From NCBI GenBank assembly GCA_964057225.1, contig OZ059898.1, positions 2,356,001 through 2,420,000 on the forward strand: DNA of 64,000 nt, read 5' to 3'. Under the pieces are notes generated by a model. The model was not told the DNA's origin and did not search any database. It saw nothing but the letters and a program-made list of their open reading frames with translations. Made by a program: the position numbers and the translations under genes. This document shows positions 55,901 to 64,000 of the stretch, piece by piece (within the stretch, counting starts at the first letter, position 1; each line of letters starts with the position of its first letter). Source of the stretch: Auanema rhodensis. Lineage: Eukaryota; Animalia; Nematoda.

Positions 55901-57211
55901 AATCTGAAAACATCTACTTTTTGCTAAATTATTTTGAAATTTTTCGAAAAAATTTTTGTCAAAATGTTTTTGGAAGCAATGTTGAGTGTACATGGAAACT
56001 CAACATACACTAATGCATCATTTTTCAAACGATCATAACTAATTTTTGTATTAAGCGTTTCTCAATGTAGTATAGTGCATTCGATGCGGATTTTTAAGCT
56101 GCGTCGATCTGTGTTATCAGATTTGCGCTAGCTTAAAAATGCACCGAGATATCAACTGATATAAGTTCACACTTATATCCTCGATTTTCACCCTGAAGAA
56201 TTAATTTTTTCGTTGAATAACATTGTCCATCGTCTTTGCCTTGAAAAATGGAATCTAAAAACATCTACTTTTTGCTAAATTATTTTGAAATTTTTCGAAA
56301 AAATTTTTGTCAAAATGTTTTTGGAAGCAATGTTGAGTGTACATGGAAACTCAACATACACTAATGCATCATTTTTCAAACGATCATAACTAATTTTTGT
56401 ATCAAGCGTTTCTTAATGTAGTATAGTGCATTCGATCCGGATTTTTAAGATGCGTCGATCTGTGTTATCAGATTAGCGCTAGCTTAAAAATGCACCGAGA
56501 TATCAACTGATATAAGTTCACACTTATATCCTCGATTTTCACCCTGAAGAAATAATTTTTTCGTTGAATAACATTGTCCATCGTCTTTGCCTTGAAAAAA
56601 GGAATCTAAAAACATCTACTTTTTGCTAAATTATTTTGAAATTTTTCGAAAAAATTTTTGTCAAAATGTTTTTGGAAGCAATGTTGAGTGTACATGGAAA
56701 CTCAACATACACTAATGCATCATTTTTCAAACGATCATAACTAATTTTTGTATCAAGCGTTTTTCAATGTAGTATAGTGCATTCGATGCGGATTTTTAAG
56801 CTGCGTCGATCTGTGTTATCAGATTTGCGCTAGCTTAAAAATGCACCGAGATATCAACTGATATAAGTTCACACTTATATCCTCGATTTTCACCCTGAAG
56901 AATTAATTTTTTCGTTGAATAACATTGTCCATCGTCTTTGCCTTGAAAAATGGAATCTTAAAACATCTACTTTTTGCTAAATTATTTTGAAATTTTTCGA
57001 AAAAATTTTTGTCAAAATGTTTTTGGAAGCAATGTTGAGTGTACATGGAAACTCAACATACACTAATGCATCATTTTTCAAACGATCATAACTAATTTTT
57101 GTATCAAGTGTTTCTCAATGTAATATAGTGCATTCGATGCGGATTTTTAAGCTGCGTCGATCTGTGTTATCAGATTTGCGCTAGCTTAAAAATGCACCGA
57201 GATATCAACTG
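53000..57211 (+). repeat. Local tetrameric higher-order repeat (1404 bp, about 3 units, one internal monomer duplication)
   Basis: The order [AAGATG + GATTAG][GAAATAAT + TTTTTC][TCTTAAA + GTAATAT][TCTGAAA] starts at 53000, 54404 and 56159. The second monomer type is duplicated at 54755/55106, and the last unit is truncated. Confidence 0.82.
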
Positions 57212-60019
57212 ATATAAGTTCACACTTATATCCTCGATTTTCACCCTGAAGAAATAATTTTTTCGTTGAATAACATTGTCCATCGTCTTTGCCTTGAAAA
57301 AAGGAATCTAAAAACATCTACTTTTTGCTAAATTATTTTGAAATTTTTCGAAAAAATTTTTGTCAAAATGTTTTTGGAAGCAATGTTGAGTGTACATGGA
57401 AACTCAACATACACTAATGCATCATTTTTCAAACGATCATAACTAATTTTTGTATCAAGCGTTTTTCAATGTAGTATAGTGCATTCGATGCGGATTTTTA
57501 AGCTGCGTCGAGCTGTGTTATCAGATTTGCGCTAGCTTAAAAATGCACCGAGATATCAACTGATATAAGTTCACACTTATATCCTCGATTTTCACCCTGA
57601 AGAAATAATTTTTTTGTTGAATAACATTGTCCATCGTCTTTGCCTTGAAAAATGGAATCCAAAAACATCTACTTTTTGCTAAATTATTTTGAAATTTTTC
57701 GAAAAAATTTTTGTCAAAATGTTTTTGGAAGCAATGTTGAGTGTACATGGAAACTCAACATACACTAATGCATCATTTTTCAAACGATCATAACTACTTT
57801 TTGTATTAAGCGTTTCTCAATGTAGTATAGTGCATTCGATGCGGATTTTCAAGCTGCGTCGATCTGTGTTATCAGATTTGCGCTAGCTCAAAAATGCACC
57901 GAGATATCAACTGATATAAGTTCACACATATATACCCGATTTTCACCCTGAAGAATTAATTTTTTCGTTGAATAACATTGTCCATCGTCTTTGCCTTGAA
58001 AAAAGGAATCTAAAAACATCTACTTTTTGCTAAATTATTTTGAAATTTTTCGAAAAAATTTTTGTCAAAATGTTTTTGGAAGCAATGTTGAGTGTACATG
58101 GAAACTCAACATACACTAATGCATAATTTTTCAAACGATCATAACTAATTTTTGTATTAAGCGTTTCTCAATGTAGTATAGTGCATTCGATGCGGATTTT
58201 TAAGCTGCGTCGATCTGTGTTATCAGATTTGCGCTAGCTTAAAAATGCACCGAGATATCAACTGATATAAGTTCACACTTATATCCTCGATTTTCACCCT
58301 GAAGAAATAATTTTTTCGTTGAATAACATTGTCCATCGTCTTTGCCTTGAAAAAAGGAATCTAAAAACATCTACTTTTTGCTAAATTATTTTGAAATTTT
58401 TCGAAAAAATTTTTGTCAAAATGTTTTTGGAAGCAATGTTGAGTGTACATGGAAACTCAACATACACTAATGCATCATTTTTCAAACGATCATAACTAAT
58501 TTTTGTATTAAGCGTTTCTCAATGTAGTATAGTGCATTCGATGCGGAATTTTAAGCTGCGTCGATCTGTGTTATCAGATTTGCGCTAGCTTAAAAATGCA
58601 CCGAGATATCAACTGATATAAGTTCACACTTAGATCCTCGATTTTCACCCTGAAGAAATAATTTTTTTGTTGAATAACATTGTCCATCGTCTTTGCCTTG
58701 AAAAATGGAATCTAAAAACATCTACTTTTTGCTAAATTATTTTGAAATTTTTCGAAAAAATTTTTGTCAAAATGTTTTTGGAAGCAATGTTGAGTGTACA
58801 TGGAAACTCAACATACACTAATGCATCATTTTTCAAACGATCATAACTAATTTTTGTATTAAGCGTTTCTCAATGTAGTATAGTGCATTCGATGCGGATT
58901 TTCAAGCTGCGTCGATCTGTGTTATCAGATTTGCGCTAGCTTAAAAATGCACCGAGATATCAACTGATATAAGTTCACACATATATACCCGATTTTCACC
59001 CTGAAGAATTAATTTTTTCGTTGAATAACATTGTCCATCGTCTTTGCCTTGAAAAAAGGAATCTAAAAACATCTACTTTTTGCTAAATTATTTTGAAATT
59101 TTTCGAAAAAATTTTTGTCAAAATGTTTTTGGAAGCAATGTTGAGTGTACATGGAAACTCAACATACACTAATGCATCATTTTTCAAACGATCATAACTA
59201 ATTTTTGTATCAAGCGTTTTTCAATGTAGTATAGTGCATTCGATGCGGATTTTTAAGCTGCGTCGAGCTGTGTTATCAGATTTGCGCTAGCTTAAAAATG
59301 CACCGAGATATCAACTGATATAAGTTCACACTTATATCCTCGATTTTCACCCTGAAGAAATAATTTTTTTGTTGAATAACATTGTCCATCGTCTTTGCCT
59401 TGAAAAATGGAATCTAAAAACATCTACTTTTTGCTAAATTATTTTGAAATTTTTCGAAAAAATTTTTGTCAAAATGTTTTTGGAAGCAATGTTGAGAGTA
59501 CATGGAAACTCAACATACACTAATGCATCATTTTTCAAACGATCATAACTAATTTTTGTATTAAGCGTTTCTCAATGTAGTATAGTGCATTCGATGCGGA
59601 TTTTCAAGCTGCGTCGATCTGTGTTATCAGATTTGCGCTAGCTTAAAAATGCACCGAGATATCAACTGATATAAGTTCACACATATATACCCGATTTTCA
59701 CCCTGAAGAATTAATTTTTTCGTTGAATAACATTGTCCATCGTCTTTGCCTTGAAAAAAGGGATCTAAAAACATCTACTTTTTGCTAAATTATTTTGAAA
59801 TTTTTCGAAAAAATTTTTGTCAAAATGTTTTTGGAAGCAATGTTGAGTGTACATGGAAACTCAACATACACTAATGCATCATTTTTCAAACGATCATAAC
59901 TAATTTTTGTATTAAGCGTTTCTCAATGTAGTATAGTGCATTCGATGCGGATTTTTAAGCTGCGTCGATCTGTGTTATCAGATTTGCGCTAGCTTAAAAA
60001 TGCACCGAGATATCAACTG

Positions 60020-62125
60020 ATATAAGTTCACACTTATATCCTCGATTTTCACCCTGAAGAAATAATTTTTTCGTTGAATAACATTGTCCATCGTCTTTGC
60101 CTTGAAAAAAGGAATCTAAAAACATCTACTTTTTGCTAAATTATTTTGAAATTTTTCGAAAAAATTTTTGTCAAAATGTTTTTGGAAGCAATGTTGAGTG
60201 TACATGGAAACTCAACATACACTAATGCATCATTTTTCAAACGATCATAACTAATTTTTGTATTAAGCGTTTCTCAATGTAGTATAGTGCATTCGATGCG
60301 GATTTTTAAGCTGCGTCGATCTGTGTTATCAGATTTGCGCTAGCTTAAAAATGCACCGAGATATCAACTGATATAAGTTCACACTTATATCCTCGATTTT
60401 CATCCTGAAGAATTAATTTTTTCGTTGAATAACATTGTCCATCGTCTTTGCCTTGAAAAATGGAATCTAAAAACATCTACTTTTTGCTAAATTATTTTGA
60501 AATTTTTCGAAAAAATTTTTGTCAAAATGTTTTTGGAAGCAATGTTGAGTGTACATGGAAACTCAACATACACTAATGCATCATTTTTCAAACGATCATA
60601 ACTAATTTTTGTATCAAGTGTTTCTCAATGTAATATAGTGCATTCGATGCGGATTTTTAAGCTGCGTCGAGCTGTGTTATCAGATTTGCGCTAGCTTAAA
60701 AATGCACCGAGATATCAACTGATATAAGTTCACACTTATATCCTCGATTTTCACCCTGAAGAAATAATTTTTTCGTTGAATAACATTGTCCATCGTCTTT
60801 GCCTTGAAAAAAGGAATCTAAAAACATCTACTTTTTGCTAAATTATTTTGAAATTTTTCGAAAAAATTTTTGTCAAAATGTTTTTGGAAGCAATGTTGAG
60901 TGTACATGGAAACTCAACATACACTAATGCATCATTTTTCAAACGATCATAACTAATTTTTGTATTAAGCGTTTCTCAATGTAGTATAGTGCATTCGATG
61001 CGGATTTTTAAGCTGCGTCGATCTGTGTTATCAGATTTGCGCTAGCTTAAAAATGCACCGAGATATCAACTGATATAAGTTCACACTTATATCCTCGATT
61101 TTCACCCTGAAGAATTAATTTTTTCGTTGAATAACATTGTCCATCGTCTTTGCCTTGAAAAATGGAATCTAAAAACATCTACTTTTTGCTAAATTATTTT
61201 GAAATTTTTCGAAAAAATTTTTGTCAAAATGTTTTTGGAAGCAATGTTGAGTGTACATGGAAACTCAACATACACTAATGCATCATTTTTCAAACGATCA
61301 TAACTAATTTTTGTATCAAGTGTTTCTCAATGTAATATAGTGCATTCGATGCGGATTTTTAAGCTGCGTCGAGCTGTGTTATCAGATTTGCGCTAGCTTA
61401 AAAATGCACCGAGATATCAACTGATATAAGTTCACACTTATATCCTCGATTTTCACCCTGAAGAAATAATTTTTTCGTTGAATAACATTGTCCATCGTCT
61501 TTGCCTTGAAAAAAGGAATCTAAAAACATCTACTTTTTGCTAAATTATTTTGAAATTTTTCGAAAAAATTTTTGTCAAAATGTTTTTGGAAGCAATGTTG
61601 AGTGTACATGGAAACTCAACATACACTAATGCATCATTTTTCAAACGATCATAACTAATTTTTGTATTAAGCGTTTCTCAATGTAGTATAGTGCATTCGA
61701 TGCGGATTTTTAAGCTGCGTCGATCTGTGTTATCAGATTTGCGCTAGCTTAAAAATGCACCGAGATATCAACTGATATAAGTTCACACTTATATCCTCGA
61801 TTTTCACCCTGAAGAATTAATTTTTTCGTTGAATAACATTGTCCATCGTCTTTGCCTTGAAAAATGGAATCTAAAAACATCTACTTTTTGCTAAATTATT
61901 TTGAAATTTTTCGAAAAAATTTTTGTCAAAATGTTTTTGGAAGCAATGTTGAGTGTACATGGAAACTCAACATACACTAATGCATCATTTTTCAAACGAT
62001 CATAACTAATTTTTGTATCAAGTGTTTCTCAATGTAATATAGTGCATTCGATGCGGATTTTTAAGCTGCGTCGATCTGTGTTATCAGATTTGCGCTAGCT
62101 TAAAAATGCACCGAGATATCAACTG
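60020..62125 (+). repeat. Local dimeric higher-order repeat (702 bp x3)
   Basis: GAAATAAT + AAAAAAGG monomers (60020, 60722, 61424) alternate with TATCAAGTG + GTAATAT monomers (60371, 61073, 61775). Confidence 0.82.
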
Positions 62126-64000
62126 ATATAAGTTCACACTTATATCCTCGATTTTCACCCTGAAAAATTAATTTTTTCGTTGAATAACATTGTCCATCGT
62201 CTTTGCCTTGAAAAATGGAATCTAAAAACATCTACTTTTTGCTAAATTATTTTGAAATTTTTCGAAAAAATTTTTGTCAAAATGTTTTTGGAAGCAATGT
62301 TGAGTGTACATGGAAACTCAACATACACTAATGCATCATTTTTCAAACGATCATAACTAATTTTTGTATCAAGCGTTTCTTAATGTAGTATAGTGCATTC
62401 GATCCGGATTTTTAAGATGCGTCGATCTGTGTTATCAGATTAGCGCTAGCTTAAAAATGCACCGAGATATCAACTGATATAAGTTCACACTTATATCCTC
62501 GATTTTCACCCTGAAGAAATAATTTTTTCGTTGAATAACATTGTCCATCGTCTTTGCCTTGAAAAAAGGAATCTAAAAACATCTACTTTTTGCTAAATTA
62601 TTTTGAAATTTTTCGAAAAAATTTTTGTCAAAATGTTTTTGGAAGCAATGTTGAGTGTACATGGAAACTCAACATACACTAATGCATCATTTTTCAAACG
62701 ATCATAACTAATTTTTGTATCAAGCGTTTTTCAATGTAGTATAGTGCATTCGATGCGGATTTTTAAGCTGCGTCGAGCTGTGTTATCAGATTTGCGCTAG
62801 CTTAAAAATGCACCGAGATATCAACTGATATAAGTTCACACTTATATCCTCGATTTTCACCCTGAAAAATTAATTTTTTCGTTGAATAACATTGTCCATC
62901 GTCTTTGCCTTGAAAAATGGAATCTAAAAACATCTACTTTTTGCTAAATTATTTTGAAATTTTTCGAAAAAATTTTTGTCAAAATGTTTTTGGAAGCAAT
63001 GTTGAGTGTACATGGAAACTCAACATACACTAATGCATCATTTTTCAAACGATCATAACTAATTTTTGTATCAAGCGTTTCTTAATGTAGTATAGTGCAT
63101 TCGATCCGGATTTTTAAGATGCGTCGATCTGTGTTATCAGATTTGCGCTAGCTTAAAAATGCACCGAGATATCAACTGATATAAGTTCACACTTATATCC
63201 TCGATTTTCACCCTGAAGAAATAATTTTTTCGTTGAATAACATTGTCCATCGTCTTTGCCTTGAGAAAAGGAATCTAAAAACATCTACTTTTTGCTAAAT
63301 TATTTTGAAATTTTTCGAAAAAATTTTTGTCAAAATGTTTTTGGAAGCAATGTTGAGTGTACATGGAAACTCAACATACACTAATGCATCATTTTTCAAA
63401 CGATCACAACTAATTTTTGTATCAAGCGTTTCTTAATGTAGTAAAGTGCATTCGATCCGGATTTTTAAGATGCGTCGATCTGTGTTATCAGATTTGCGCT
63501 AGCTTAAAAATGCACCGAGATATCAACTGATATAAGTTCACACTTATATCCTCGATTTTCACCCTGAAGAATTAATTTTTTCGTTGAATAACATTGTCCA
63601 TCGTCTTTGCCTTGAAAAATGGAATCTTAAAACATCTACTTTTTGCTAAATTATTTTGAAATTTTTCGAAAAAATTTTTGTCAAAATGTTTTTGGAAGCA
63701 ATGTTGAGTGTACATGGAAACTCAACATACACTAATGCATCATTTTTCAAACGATCATAACTAATTTTTGTATCAAGCGTTTCTTAATGTAGTAAAGTGC
63801 ATTCGATCCGGATTTTTAAGATGCGTCGATCTGTGTTATCAGATTTGCGCTAGCTTAAAAATGCACCGAGATATCAACTGATATAAGTTCACACTTATAT
63901 CCTCGATTTTCACCCTGAAGAATTAATTTTTTCGTTGAATAACATTGTCCATCGTCTTTGCCTTGAAAAATGGAATCTTAAAACATCTACTTTTTGCTAA

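Larger units (their letters stand above)
1..64000. repeat. Tandem satellite DNA array, 351-bp monomer, about 182.3 head-to-tail copies (probably centromeric or pericentromeric heterochromatin)
   Basis: The unit ATATAAGTTCACAC...GATATCAACTG recurs at 1, 352, 703, 1054 ... 7021 (1+20x351), 14041 (1+40x351) and 18604. It then recurs at 18954, 19304 and every 351 bp to 63881 (=1+182x351-2). There is no non-satellite sequence and no inversion. The array runs off both window ends. Confidence 0.99.

Noticed and set aside
57521-57748. Minus-strand 75 aa ORF
   Set aside because: It is a single monomer in which a private SNP (GAATCT>GAATCC) together with the GAAATAAT allele opens the frame by chance.
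1-64000. CRISPR array or repeat-spacer system
   Set aside because: There are no unique spacers. The entire 351 bp repeats, and no cas genes or leader are present.
1-64000. Giant repeat-protein gene (351 is divisible by 3)
   Set aside because: The ORF track shows nothing longer than 89 aa, so no frame stays open through a full 117-codon monomer.

Overview
The whole 64 kb window is one uninterrupted, single-orientation tandem satellite array: 182 complete copies of a 351-bp AT-rich monomer (about 31% GC, counted on monomer 1) plus a 120-bp partial copy at 63881-64000. Monomers differ from consensus by roughly 0-8 substitutions. Only two monomers have a length change, both the same 1-bp deletion. 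I see no genuine genes, RNA genes, CRISPR array or inserted transposon. Every ORF in the track arises where a single SNP removes a stop codon from the repeat unit. It looks like eukaryotic (peri)centromeric or heterochromatic satellite DNA from a host with little CpG methylation, but I cannot name the family or species. Three things stand out. (i) The monomer is built from several inverted repeats, which may point to a MITE, foldback or Helentron-like origin. (ii) Diagnostic SNPs reveal a mosaic of local higher-order repeats (2-, 3-, 4-, 5- and 6-mers) and a layered domain structure. (iii) Linkage between variants suggests exchanges cluster in the conserved palindromic core. Monomer positions ('pos') are numbered from window base 1, and monomer typing was done by eye.
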